Shown one piece after another: positions 1 through 16,317 of a stretch of DNA of 64,000 nucleotides. The DNA is from the human T2T-CHM13v2.0 reference genome, Homo sapiens: NCBI RefSeq assembly GCF_009914755.1, contig NC_060936.1, one strand, 5' to 3'. The notes under the pieces are model-generated. The model worked only from the letters and a program-made list of their open reading frames with translations. It was not told the DNA's origin and did no database searches. The position numbers and the translations under genes are program-made. Numbering within the stretch: the stretch's first letter is position 1; the number at the start of each line of letters is the position of its first letter.

Positions 1-1027
1 GCCACTGAATTTGTGGTAATTTGTTAATATAGTTACAGAAAATTAATGCAGAATGGAAGAATAAAACAGACCTGGCCATGCATACTGAAAATAACAAGTC
101 AAAGCAACCTTGAAAATTTTTCTCAGAAACACAAAGGTGAAGAATAGAGGTCAAAATATATATGAAAAAATAAAGGAAATATGTATGGCATATAAATCTA
201 CAAATTGGTGTTTCTAAAGAATAGAGAAGAGCCAAGGAAAGAGAAATAATAAAGAAAAGAAAATGTTCCTAATCTACAAAGATATCTGTATAAAGATTAG
301 AATACTTTATAATGTATCAGAAAAAAACTGAAACAATATTTACATATAATTATTTACTAGTCCTTATTTTTCATTTTCAAAGATAAAAACTCACACATGT
401 TAAGTACAATTTTAAAAAGTAAAATAAAACAATATTAATTCGATTACTCTAAAACTTAAATATTAGAAAGGACACAAGGATGACCATAAGAATTTATGCT
501 TCATTGATAGGTAATGTTATTAACTGAGCTAGGAAAATATATAGAGTGGAGGGAAAATAACTTTTATTTTTAGGCATGTTGGATCTGCAGTTGACTACAG
601 GACCTTTCATTTAGTTAAATATAATTTTGTTGTAAGTGTGCCAAAGACATTGCACATTACATTTTATGTAATGTAATTTATAAATATTTCCCCTTATTGT
701 GTTATATAGATGAGGGTCAATAAGTAGATCCAAATCCATATGTAATGATTGTGATAAAGTTGGCGTTTAAAATCACTGGTTAAAGTATTTAAGTAATGGA
801 ATTAGGAGAGCCTACTGGCTGGATAAAAGTAAAACTGAGTTTTTCACTCATCTTAGAGGATTAAATTTCTAATACATAAAAGACTTAAACATTAAAAAGT
901 GAAGTCATGAAAGCTATATTAGTGAATTTACTTACAATTTGGAAGGTATAAGGACTTACCTATCAGAACATTAAAGTCCAGAAACTATAAAGGAACACAT
1001 GTATGAATCTGAGTATAGAAAAAATTA

Positions 1028-1735
1028 TTTATTAAATAGAGAATCCTTTCCCCATTGCTTGTTTATGTGAGGTTTTTCAAATATCAGATGGTTGTAGATA
1101 TGTGGCGTTATTCCTGAGGCCTCTGTTCTGTCCCATTATAGTAATAGTTTGAAGTCGGGTAACGTGATGCCTCCAGCTTTGTTCTTTTTGCTTAGGATTG
1201 TCTTGGCTATTCAGGCTCTTTTTAGTTCCATATGAAATTTAAAGTAGTTTTTTCCAGTTCTGTGAAGAAAGTCAGTAGTAGCTTGATGGGGATAGCATTG
1301 AATCTATAAATTGCTTTGGGCAGTATGGCCATTTTCATGATATTGTTTCTCCCTATCCATGAGTTTGGAATGTTTTTCCATTTGTTTGTGTCCTCTTTTA
1401 TTCATGTCCTTTGCAGGGACATGGATGAAGCTGGAAACCATCATTCTCAGCAAACTAACACAAGAACAGAAAACCAAACACCACATGTTCTCACTCATAA
1501 GTGGGAGTTGAACAATGAGAACACATGGACACAGGGAGGGGAACATCACACACTGGGGCCTGTCGGGGTGGGGTGCGAGGGGAGGGATAGCATTAGGAGA
1601 AATACCTAATGTAGATGGTGGGTTGATGGGTGCAGCAAACAACCATGGCACATGTATACCTATGTAACAAACCTGCATGTTCTGCACATGTACCCGAGAA
1701 TTTAAAGTATAATTTTAAAAATTAAATGAATAAAA
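1028..1735 (+). mobile_element. 5'-inverted L1PA (antisense ORF2 piece about 1028-1402, sense 3' end about 1403-1735)
   Basis: Both halves align to the in-window L1 at 43807-50253 in opposite orientations; A-rich tail near 1710-1735. Confidence 0.85.
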
Positions 1736-2208
1736 GAAGAGACAATAGAATGGATAGGGAGAAAATAGGAGAGAAAATAGACATGACACCTCAGTGAAAT
1801 TAATGAAGCAGTGTGGCAGGAGTAAATAAGTTAGCACCCTGGAAGGAGGATAGGAGGTTATAGCCAGTGAGTGAAATGTCTGATTTTGTGAGTTCAGAGG
1901 TGGAGCTGTTTTAAGAGGTAACAAGATCCAGAATGTAGCTATAAAAGTGACAACTATGGAGAATTGGGAAGCATTTTGGTAGTAAAGACATCTAGTAATG
2001 GAAAACCCAAGTTATTGGATGAATTATCCATATGAATGTTGTGATCAAATAGGTACCAACTTCTGAGAAAATGAAAAACGATTGACTAAAAATGATGTTT
2101 CAGGTGCCAAAGTCTTCAGTGAATAAGGAGGCATGATCTGAAGGTAAATATCTCTCTCAAGGAGGATTAGAGGATGGCACAGCTAAATAATATCAACCTT
2201 AAAGGAGC

Positions 2209-2242
2209 TTTAACTGTTTAACTGTTTTAACTGTTTAACTGT
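2209..2242. repeat. (TTTAACTG)x4 tandem repeat
   Basis: Directly visible. Confidence 0.9.
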
Positions 2243-4533
2243 GTTCCACAGTCCTTTAGGTGCAGGATATGTTAAGTGAAGGGAGGAGACCCAGCCAACA
2301 AAGTTTTACAGAAAGTGATATAAATAAAATAGCTTTGCACATACAGGGATAATTTGAGACAGAAAAACAACAGAGTTCATACTTTCGTTGACCTTGAATA
2401 GGCCCAGGAAGTAGTCATGGAATTTTTGGCAAAGACAAATATATTAGATGTTGCAGAAAGACAGCCAGATGGGATCTCTATTATAGTTTATCTTCCTTGC
2501 TGCTGCCTACACTGTATTTCTCTTAAACTTATTGGAATAGATTCTTCTTGGAAAAAAGTAAGTCTTCTTGGAAAACCCATAGATCTTCCAGAAACAAACT
2601 AGAAGTCAGTGTTGTGATACGTAAGAAGTAGTGAAAAATGAAACGAGTTGTAAGTAGTCTAGTTGTTCTGGCTGTATGAGATGAAAAAATCGACATCTGT
2701 TTCATGTGCTTTGGCTCTTGTTCTGTGAATAATGTACAGACTATGTGAGTCTGGATGGAGAACTTTGAAGAATCTGCCTACAAATTGTAATTGCTAGGTT
2801 GTCAAGCTATGGGCTGGATTACCTCCTTGATGAACAAGATGGTGGCAGATACGAGTCTAGTGTAGGCAAAGAAAGTTTCTACAACCACCAGAATTGTGCT
2901 CTCATTTTGAAAGACTGTGTATCTATATCAAAGTTTGAATAATGGCCTTCTAATGAACTTGGGGTTGGAAATGGGTACACTTCTCTGTTAGGCCGCCCAG
3001 GTAACATGTCCTTATCTAGGATCTGGACACATGCTCTATAGGTAGCATTGTACTGAGGCTATGGCCAGATAGAGGCTAAGAAAAGTTCTAGAAGACTATG
3101 TTCAAGAGTCTTGACTTGGTCTTGGTGAACCACTGGTCTGCTTCTTAGAAAATGCAAATTTTCTAAGGCACTGCCAGGGCAGCTGTGAAATTTCAGTGGA
3201 CTTTGCTGCTTATAGATAGTTACCTATTATTTCCTCCTAATCTGGCCCAATAATTCCAATTGAAGTTGGGAGTTGTGTTGTGGATTCAGACTCAAGTTAA
3301 TTTAGGTTCACTTTCTTAGAAACTCAGAACTAGAGGAAGATTAACATAGGGGAGGGTATTAGCCTGACATTTCTGGCTGTCTAATAGAAATAATGATTAT
3401 AAAACTCAAATCTTTGAAAGAGGGGACTCATTGTAGTCTACCACAGTGTGGATTTATTTATTTTCAGTTTTATGTATGTATGTATGCATTATTATATTTG
3501 TTTATTTGCCTTCCCACAGTTTTTCCACGCTACAGATATCAGACATTATGATCTTGGGGTGATGGGACTATGCTCTAGTTCTCAAAGGCAGTTTTTATAG
3601 TGAGTAGCTTTTTACTTAGGTATAAGGACAGAGGTCCCCCATCCTTGGGACCTTAGGAGACAATACATCTGCTTTTGTGTTGGAGGCATCTGTTTTGGTG
3701 AAAAGGGGTTGGGACAGGAAAAATAGACCAGGGTGTAGCTAAAGGTGACTAGATCAACTCTTGAGTTTCTGCTCTGGCTGGGTTCTAAACAAAATGCATT
3801 TCTTTCTTGAAATAGTTGGATAATAGAACAGTGAAATTGAAGAAGTGATATATGATCTACAAATAACCACAAACCTCTGGATGTTCCTGATAGACTTGAA
3901 TGCTTACAATTCAAGGGTATCAGATGCCTTATTGGGTATCACCCAAACTCTCTGATTAAATAAGATATATCTGAGAAATGTGATACTCAGGTTTTTGAAT
4001 ATATATTTCTTAGGCTTGGCCATTCTTCTAGAAGGCCTAACCAAGGACTTAAATAACGAATGTTTGTTTTTATAGCTCCCAATTATATACCAGGTAAATA
4101 GGCAATACTGATTAAATTACCAGGATTAATGATGCTGCCCCCACTCAAATGTATCTTTTCCCTACTTGTTTTTTCTACCTTTCTTATCCTAGATCATTTA
4201 TTTAAATTTCCCAATTTAAAAGTACTTTAGGGCCTTTTTTCTCATTTAGCTGTAGGCAATTGATGTAATTATTTCTTCTCTCTTTAGCTCTGTACAATGG
4301 GTTAAATCAACTTTGTAAACTCCCATTTATATTTATTTGCTTCTTTATAAATTTATGTGTTTTTATATATACCCCCAAAATAATTGATGCAGATGAGTCT
4401 TTGGGACACAAGCATTTCAGAATTTTGTAAACTCTACAGATACTTAATATATCATTTCTATGAAACTTTTTATGTATTTGGGCCAACCAGGAAGCAATTA
4501 ATTATAAAAAATTCTATATCATTTATTTTTAAA

Positions 4534-4840
4534 TTTTATTTCTTTATTTATTTTAGAGACAGAGCCTTGCTCTGTTGCCCAGGCTAGAGTGCAGTGGCAC
4601 AGTCAGCTCACTGCAGCCTCAAACTCCTGGACTCAACTGATCCTCCCTCCTCAGTATCCCGAGTAGCTGGGACTACAGGCACGCACCATGCCTGGCTAAT
4701 TAAAAAAATATATCTTTTTGAAGAGACGAGGTCTTGCTATGTTACCCAGGCTGGTCTCGAACTCCTGGTCTCAAGAGATTATCCCACCTTGGCCTCCCAA
4801 AGCACCAGCATTACAGGTGGGGAAGCTACCCCACCCAGCC
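4534..4840 (-). mobile_element. AluJ-type SINE
   Basis: Dimeric Alu, diverged, with J-like cactgcagcctcaaactcctgg. Confidence 0.9.
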
Positions 4841-4850
4841 TACATCATTC

Positions 4851-5146
4851 TTTTTTTTTTTTTTTTGAGACAGAGTCTCACTCTGTTGCCCAGGCTGGAG
4901 TGCAGTGGCCCATCTCAGCTTACTGCAAGCTCCGCCTCCTGGGTTCACGCCATTCTCCTGCCTCAGCCTCCCGAGTAGCTGGGACTACAGGCACCTGCCA
5001 CCGCACCTGGCTAATTTTTTGTATTTTTGGTAGAGACAGGGTTTCACCGTGTTAGCCAGGATGGTCTCGATCTCCTGACATTGTGATCTGCCTGCCTCAG
5101 CCTCCCAAAGTGCTGGGATTACGGGCATGAGCCACCGCGCCCGGTC
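4851..5146 (-). mobile_element. AluY-type SINE
   Basis: tgcaagctccgcctcc..ggttcacgccattctcc diagnostics; TSD tacatcattc at 4841-4850 and 5147-5156. Confidence 0.92.
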
Positions 5147-5419
5147 TACATCATTCATTTTTAAAGGATACATTTTGCTATAAACTAAAATGAAAGAAGC
5201 TTTAAAACCGATTCTTATATTTAATTATAATACTTTGTTTCTAGGGCATGGGAATTCGTTTCAGAAAAGACTGTTTCCTAGGGGAGAACAAAAGGGAAAC
5301 ATTGAATCTCTAATTAAAGTATTTCCTTAAGTCCAGTTTCTTAACCCGCCTTTTTAACCTGATTAAAAATTAGTAAGTATATTATTTAAATTACATGTAA
5401 AAATGGAAGCTTATTCTAA

Positions 5420-5629
<210 letters not shown>

Positions 5630-6120
5630 TATTATTCCTTTGATCAGAATGCTACTATTATGTTATCAAAGGATGGTTGACACAGTATCATCTTTAGATT
5701 TTTCTAAACTGCAGAGCTTTTTCTGTTCTATCTTAACCCTATTCCTTCCCCTGAGGACATACCAGAGTGTCAGAAAGAAAGAATGAGAACTAACAGTTAT
5801 ACCCTTAAAAAGCTTCACAGTTTATGCCCAAACAGCAGCCTGTTTGATAATAACTGCTTTAAAGGATAGTATATTCCAAAATATTTATGAAGTAGCATAT
5901 ATTTAATACCCTTTTCTTTTAGTTTTTCCTCCAAAAAGCTGAAATCTCCAAATATTTCAAAAGTAAAAAGTAGAAAATATGTTTGATTACATTTTTCTTT
6001 TAGTTTTTCCAAACATGAGAGAATATACTCCAAAAGTATAACTGTAGCTAAAATATACAATGCTTAGAGGAATATGGTAGGAGATAAATTTGGATAATAA
6101 GTAAATAGCATATTATGTTG

Positions 6121-7336
<1,216 letters not shown>

Positions 7337-7499
7337 TGAATCCACCCTAACATTTCTGCTCTTGCTTCACTTGAATCAAGATGCAAACTCTTGCTCTTCC
7401 TCTCTTCCTTGTCTTTCTTTTTCTGAGAAATTCAATGCTAAAGTCATTGGGTAGGTCAGGGGAATGTAGTCATCTACACAGAGGGGCATCCAAAGGTGA

Positions 7500-8560
7500 T
7501 ATGTTAGAGCCTAAACAGCATAACAAAGGATCCACACGAGATGCAGTGGGCACGGAAAGGAAACCTAAGCAAGGTGAGGATGCTGTCCACATAGAGATGT
7601 GGCCATGTGTGGGAAGTCAGAGACTTCATGGAATGAAGTAACTGTCCATACATGAGGTTTGGGGTATCAGAGCCAGAGCAGAATAAAAAGATGTCCATGC
7701 AGGGATGACTCAGTATGTAGCATCTGTGCCCAGGCAAGGTGAGGAGAGCATCAACATGGGATGGAAGGGAGAGTCTGAGCCAGTGAGGAAGGCATCCCTG
7801 GGGGGATGGTCCTGCAGTGGTTGTTGGAGGCCAAGAAGAATAAGGAGAAGAGTCCATGTTGGAGTGGGCTGAGAAGAGATTTCAGAACCTAAGCCAGTAA
7901 AGGGGGCATCCATACTTAGGGGCAATCACACATGAGGTGTCTGAGTGCAAATTAGGTGAGGAAAGTTTTAATGTGGGGAAGATGACTTGACATGGGTGAA
8001 GTCAGGGCCCAAGTGGGGTAAGGAAGGAATCCACACATGCAGAAGCCCAGAGCTGGGTTTCAAAGTCTGAGCACGGTGGGAGGGTGTCCCAGCGCAGGGC
8101 CAGCCCCTAAGTTGGCCAATTAATACAAGACAATTTTTCAGCATAAACATATTCCAAATATTACATTGGACAAACTTATACTAAAACAATACTTATTGCT
8201 TTCTGAGATTCAAATGTAACCTGACATCACTTATTTTTATTTGCTAAATCTCAGTGTCTAAGCAGAGTGAGGAGGGCACCTATGCGTGCTAGGGGCTAGA
8301 GACAATGATGGGAGATCGGAAGCATACTGGGGGATTGATCAAAAAAATAAATTAAAAGTATAATGGGGGCTAGTTTTCTCACTGTCAGAAATGGAATACA
8401 AATATGTAAAGGAAAAAAGTAAGCATGAATCTTATGGTGGTGAATTGGAATTTTAAGTGTTGGAAATTAAGAATTTTAATAAACATATATATAAATGTGT
8501 ATATATACACAGATAAAACTATAACTATGGACTCAGTTTCAACATGTGAATAATTGTAGG
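7500..8560 (+). mobile_element. Old L1MC/L1MD-type 3' region with a degenerate ~50-nt tandem array
   Basis: About 12 units resembling gagcccaagcagggtgaggagggcatccacatggg, followed by L1MC-like tttctcactgtcagaaatggaatacaaatatg. Confidence 0.55.
8125..8251. mobile_element. MER53-like palindromic MITE fragment
   Basis: Centre gcataaacatattccaaatattacattggacaaacttatactaaaa and end tttttatttgctaaatct match recalled MER53. Confidence 0.7.
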
Positions 8561-8599
8561 GCCTCAAGAACAGAACCAAAACAATAGAACAGAAAATAC

Positions 8600-9960
8600 A
8601 ACTAGAGAGAGATATATAGATACTTAAATAAGTAATAAAACAAATTTTACAGAAATAAAATTACTTGAATCTTAAACATTGAAAGTGCACACTATGTGCC
8701 AGGAAAAAGTGACACAAAATAGTCAACACAGTAGACATAGACTAGTAAATTACTGGACTTCAGTGGAAAAGAAAGAATCTTAAAGCATCCAAGCAAAAAT
8801 GTAAGATCAGTTATTAAGAAGTTTAACAGTCTGGGTTGAATTAGAAAAATAGTCACTCTAAGTATTTTAGCAATAAAGTATTTAACATAGGAAATACAGT
8901 TTATCTGAATACTGTAAACACTAAGGGAGTGAAGGTCAGGGAAGTGGCCACAGTAAGGCAGAGAAGTGGCTACAAAGCAGATAGTTCTCCATTGTATTAT
9001 ACTAAGAAGCCACTGTGAAACTCACATTGATCCATCTTACCTGGCCTACTATCACCCTGGTGGTTGCTTTTCTTATATCTTTCCTATTTCATTTGCATTC
9101 CTGTCATTGGCAAACTCTTACCTGAAGCTATACAGAGAAAATAATTCACAGAACTGTACTTCCTGGTTTCAGCTCTACAATACAAAATTGACTTCACACT
9201 CACGTGGTAGTAATGCTGCTTTGGCAATTGATGTTCCCACGTAAAGGGGGAAAATTCAGTCTGGCTTCAAACTTCTCTACCATAACAGTAAATGCTAAGA
9301 GATGGTGGAATGATGCCTATATACCCTTAATATAAGAAGTGTCAACCAAGAATTTATATACAGCAAAACCTGTTATTCAAGTGTAATGAAATAGACAGAT
9401 GTTTTGGGAGCATGCAGTTACATTTGGTGTATAGTTCTCATGAGCACTTCTTCAATAAACTAAAGGATGACATTCACCAAAAAGAAGAGATGAATGAAAA
9501 AACTTGAGTGAAAGAACTCTCTGTGAGCCCTGAATCTTAATGGATAGACTAAAACTCAAACAATCTGAGAGTTATAGTCACAAAAAAAAATACAAGAAAT
9601 ATTGGAAACATACAAATGATACAATTAATAAAACTTGGGAGGAGAAGAGAGAGATAGAAAAAATAGCTTGTTTCCTCATCATTTATAGCTAAGGGCCAAA
9701 GATACTAAATAGAATATTTAAAGCTGACAAACAATAGAGGTGTAAGTAAGTTTAAATGTATGTAACTATTTTAATGAAACATATAATCAATGAAAATTAA
9801 TGATGAGAAGTGAAGAAAGATGCAAAGAATAAACATACTATTACATAACTGCTCATACTAAGGTATCAATAGACACACAAATACCAAATGAGAAAATACA
9901 AACTATATGACAAAAGACTTTTTAAAAGAAAATCTAATATAGAAATCATTACATAAAATA
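8600..9960 (+). mobile_element. Ancient L1M/HAL1 ORF1-like remnant, interrupted at about 8820-9240
   Basis: A-rich degenerate ORF1-like motifs (ttgaaagtgcacactatgtgccagg, ctggcttcaaacttctc, caagaatttatatacagcaaaac). Confidence 0.5.
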
Positions 9961-10177
9961 TAAAGTAAGACCAAGTGCAAAAGGCTAAAATAACGGCAAA
10001 GATCCACAGGAAGGTCAGTTCATCTCCAAGGTGCCTTAACAATGAGTTCTAAATTTTCCCCTAAGAGTAATATTACTGCAAGACAAAGTTCTTTGTTGCT
10101 ATTGGGTTCTCTATGTGAGAACTCATTTATCCTCCTACTATGCTTCCTAGTGGAATTCAGGATTGGTTATCTGACCA

Positions 10178-12702
<2,525 letters not shown>

Positions 12703-13264
12703 TCTCTCAGCCCAAATGAGCAGAAGAAAGGGAATTTATTTCCTAAAAACTATTATTATCTCATTGGACTAGTTAACTAAAAATATTGAATGCCAGGCTA
12801 TAGAGCTAACTTTACCTTCTGGGAAATTAAGAGCAACTGAAAGCTTCTGAAAATAAGAATTAAATGAGGAAAGTGAATAGATTTCTAAGATTAATTAGGA
12901 GTTATCTGTGGGGGCAAAGGGAGATGAAAATAGATATTGTAGAATCCTAGAATGTTGGAGCTGGAACAATATTTTAAGGGCAGAAGTGGAGAAATGTATG
13001 TAAGGTCAATGACATAAAGCCAGAATTAGCACTAGAATGCATATCTCTTTACGCATATATTTCCATACTTTCTGTAGCAGACCAGGCTGATTTCACTAAA
13101 AGAGAATATATTGTACTTTAAAATTGGCCACTGGTTGGAGGGAGGACATCAAAGATAATGCCTGAGAACTAGGAGAAAGTGACACTATTATTGGGAGATT
13201 ATCTTATTTTTTAGACAAAGAAGAAATTTTATGTAATTTTTGTGGACTTTCTTTTTCTTTCTAG

Positions 13265-13291
13265 GTAATGCAGATCGTGACCAAGCCACAT
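13265..13291 (+). CDS. GLIPR1L2: GLIPR1L2 27-nt microexon (S-NADRDQAT-Y)
   Basis: Polypyrimidine tract plus ctag ends at 13264; donor gtatgt at 13292. Phase 1/1, joins in frame to both neighbours (A+GT=Ser, T+AT=Tyr). Confidence 0.88.
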
Positions 13292-13327
13292 GTATGTATT
13301 GTTGTCCTTTATTTCTTGAACAATTGA

Positions 13328-13711
<384 letters not shown>

Positions 13712-14019
13712 GAGTAGAAAGAGGAGGAAAAAGATGTATCACCAATATAAACCAAAAGTGTAATACAAAAAAAGACAGAAAAAAAAAAAAGTAAAACACT
13801 GAGTTTTAACAAGAAAGAAAATATGCAAACCACCATTGGAATGTTTTTTATTCCCTTCTCTCCTATACTTATTCAATCAATTTAAATTTGTAAAACAAAG
13901 AAACAAAAAACATGTAAGGTGGGCTCTTTGACACTAAGAACAGATAAAGACATGACAGGAAAAACACTGAAAAACATTTGACCAGTCTAATTAATCTTAA
14001 GATTTCACCATGTTATTCT

Positions 14020-14523
14020 AATAAAGTAGGGAATTTTCATTTTCTAAACATGTTTCCATCTCTGTGTTTTAAATAGTAAGGTGCTTAAGATCATTCCAAG
14101 TTCATAACAACCATTGAATAAAATTTGTATTTTTTTGTTTTTACTGTTACTGTCATAGTTTTTATTGGTGGTAGTGGTATTTTCATGTGATATTAAGGTA
14201 TCTAATATTATTATTTGTCTTTGTGGTTTTTGGAATAGTTTAAGTGGTACCTGTACATCCTGCTAGGATGCAAACTTATTATTTATAATTAATGTTCAAT
14301 ATTTCATTAAAGACTTGCTGTAATTTTCTGCCACCAAGGGCTAATAAATGCCATAATTTTAATTAGTTGTGGTAGAGGAATCTGGGTGCTTCCAAATTTA
14401 TATGATAAAATAAATAAATTTTTTAAAAACTATTAACTTGTTATTCAATAGGTATAGTAAAAGTTAACAGATTAATAAGATAACTGCTTACCACTAGTAA
14501 TACTAATAAATGAACTAAATAAA
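14020..14523 (+). terminator. GLIPR1L2: Candidate poly(A) signals of the long GLIPR1L2 isoform
   Basis: AATAAA at 14020, 14117, 14343, 14409, 14505 and 14518, with U/GU-rich sequence after 14122. Which is used cannot be told from sequence. Confidence 0.5.
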
Positions 14524-15998
14524 AATACCTAGCATAGGAGATTTCTTTATCTATAAAATAAATGGATAGCACTAGATGACCACTAAGACCTCTTCCATCA
14601 ATGAATATTCATGGATCAACTTTGTAAAGGAATCAATAGTAGTTGTGAAGTACACTAAGCAAACACCTGAGGGAAAAACTTGATTCCCATGAAAATATTC
14701 CTGAACTCAGCACCTTATATGGCAAAATAATAAATACCTTTTATTACTCAATTTTAAAATAGGCAAAAAGCAATGTATAATATTTTTCCAATTGCCATTC
14801 CATACTCAGCTGTCTTATTGTTGCACACTTATTAGAACTCAATGTGACTGAGATGTGAAAGGTTGATATAATTCTATTTATGACAGGGACTTAGGGAACT
14901 TATTCTAATTGAGAATCAGAGGCTTAATAAACCTGAAGGTTTAAGTGAAAGAAATGACATTGAAAGAATCACTGCATATCTGATGTTTTCAAATAAAACA
15001 ATCTCTGTTTTCTGGTTTTGATAGAATATTGTGTTCTAAAGCTATATTTCTCAATGTGTGGTTCCACTGAGGGAAAGAAAAAAAAAAAACCTAGCATAGC
15101 CAAATACCTCAAATGGTATAAATGCTATGTGTATTTACTCTGTTGTTCTTTAGTTGTATCAATATTCTGTTAAAAACCTGTTCGAAGTAGGGCAAGATGA
15201 GAATTATATTAAAAAGCCCTGAGCTATCCTCTTGGATTTGAATGTTTCTGTTTGGTTTGTTTCCTTTGCTTTGTTTTTTTTTCAAAGAGCTCTTGTTTGT
15301 AGAAATTAGATATTTTTCTATCTATGAAGTCAGCCTCTGTTCCACCAGTCCCCTGAGAAAAAGCCTTAGGTAGAGAAAAGGGCTAGTTCTCTACAGTGAC
15401 GTTATTTATTATTATTATTGTACATTTGTGTTGTATTTCATAGCTTCCAAAGTCCTTTCATGTAAGTATTTGATATTCAAAACCATTCCTGTGGAGCTGG
15501 CATTGCTTCTATTTTTAAAATAAGAAAACTGACCTTGGATTTGTGAACATTTGATGCATTTACAAGTACAATTTCTTCATTTATTAATTCCCACACATGA
15601 CTAACTTGTTATGTATCTGTATGCCTAACAGAACCTGGGCCTGGCCCAGGAAACCATTTTCTCCTAGGCCTCCAGGCCTGTGATGGGAGGGGCTCCGGTG
15701 AAAACTCTTGACACGGACTGGAGACATTTTCCCCATTGTCTTGGAGATTAACATTCATCTCCTCATTACTTATGCAAGTTTCTGCAGCCAGCTTCAATTT
15801 CTCCTCAGAAGATAGGTTTTTCTTTCTATCACGTTGACAGGCTGCAAATTTTCCAAACTTTTATGCTCTGTTTCTTTCATAAAACAACCCAAGTCACCTC
15901 TTGAAAGCTTTACTGCTTAGAAATTTCTTCCTCCATGTGAGAAATGGGAGTTCTTTTCCAAGATTATAAAAAGTCATAATTTCTTACTATAAGATTGC

Positions 15999-16210
15999 TA
16001 TATATATATAGTGGATTATATATATATATAGTGGATTATATATATATAGTGGATTATTTATATATATAATGGATTTTATATATATATATAATGGATTATA
16101 TATATATATATATAATGGATTATATATATATATATAATGGATTATATATATATATATAATGGATTATATATATATATATATAATGGATTATATATATATA
16201 TATAAAATGG

Positions 16211-16244
<34 letters not shown>

Positions 16245-16260
16245 GGATTATATATATATA
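15999..16260. repeat. AT-rich tandem repeat, 11 units of (TA)n+RTGGAT, inside the LTR
   Basis: Counted 11 TGGAT cores separated by variable TA runs. Confidence 0.95.
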
Positions 16261-16277
16261 TTCCAAATCAGCTGTCC

Positions 16278-16317
16278 TAGCTTGCTCCGGCATGCCTGGA
16301 CAGAAGTAGACAAGCCC
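16278..16317. promoter_or_regulatory. Candidate p53 response element (in-phase decamer array)
   Basis: TAGCTTGCTC|CGGCATGCCT|GGACAGAAGT|AGACAAGCCC versus RRRCWWGYYY: 1, 1, many and 0 mismatches, zero spacers. Confidence 0.65.

Noticed and set aside
4594-5055. Alu-derived ORFs (also 35921..36265, 58595..58939, 61661..61981)
   Set aside because: Typical Alu translations with no independent coding evidence.
7500-8290. Repeat-spacer-like periodicity suggesting a CRISPR array
   Set aside because: Mammalian DNA, highly degenerate units, no cas genes, contiguous with L1MC/MD-like sequence.
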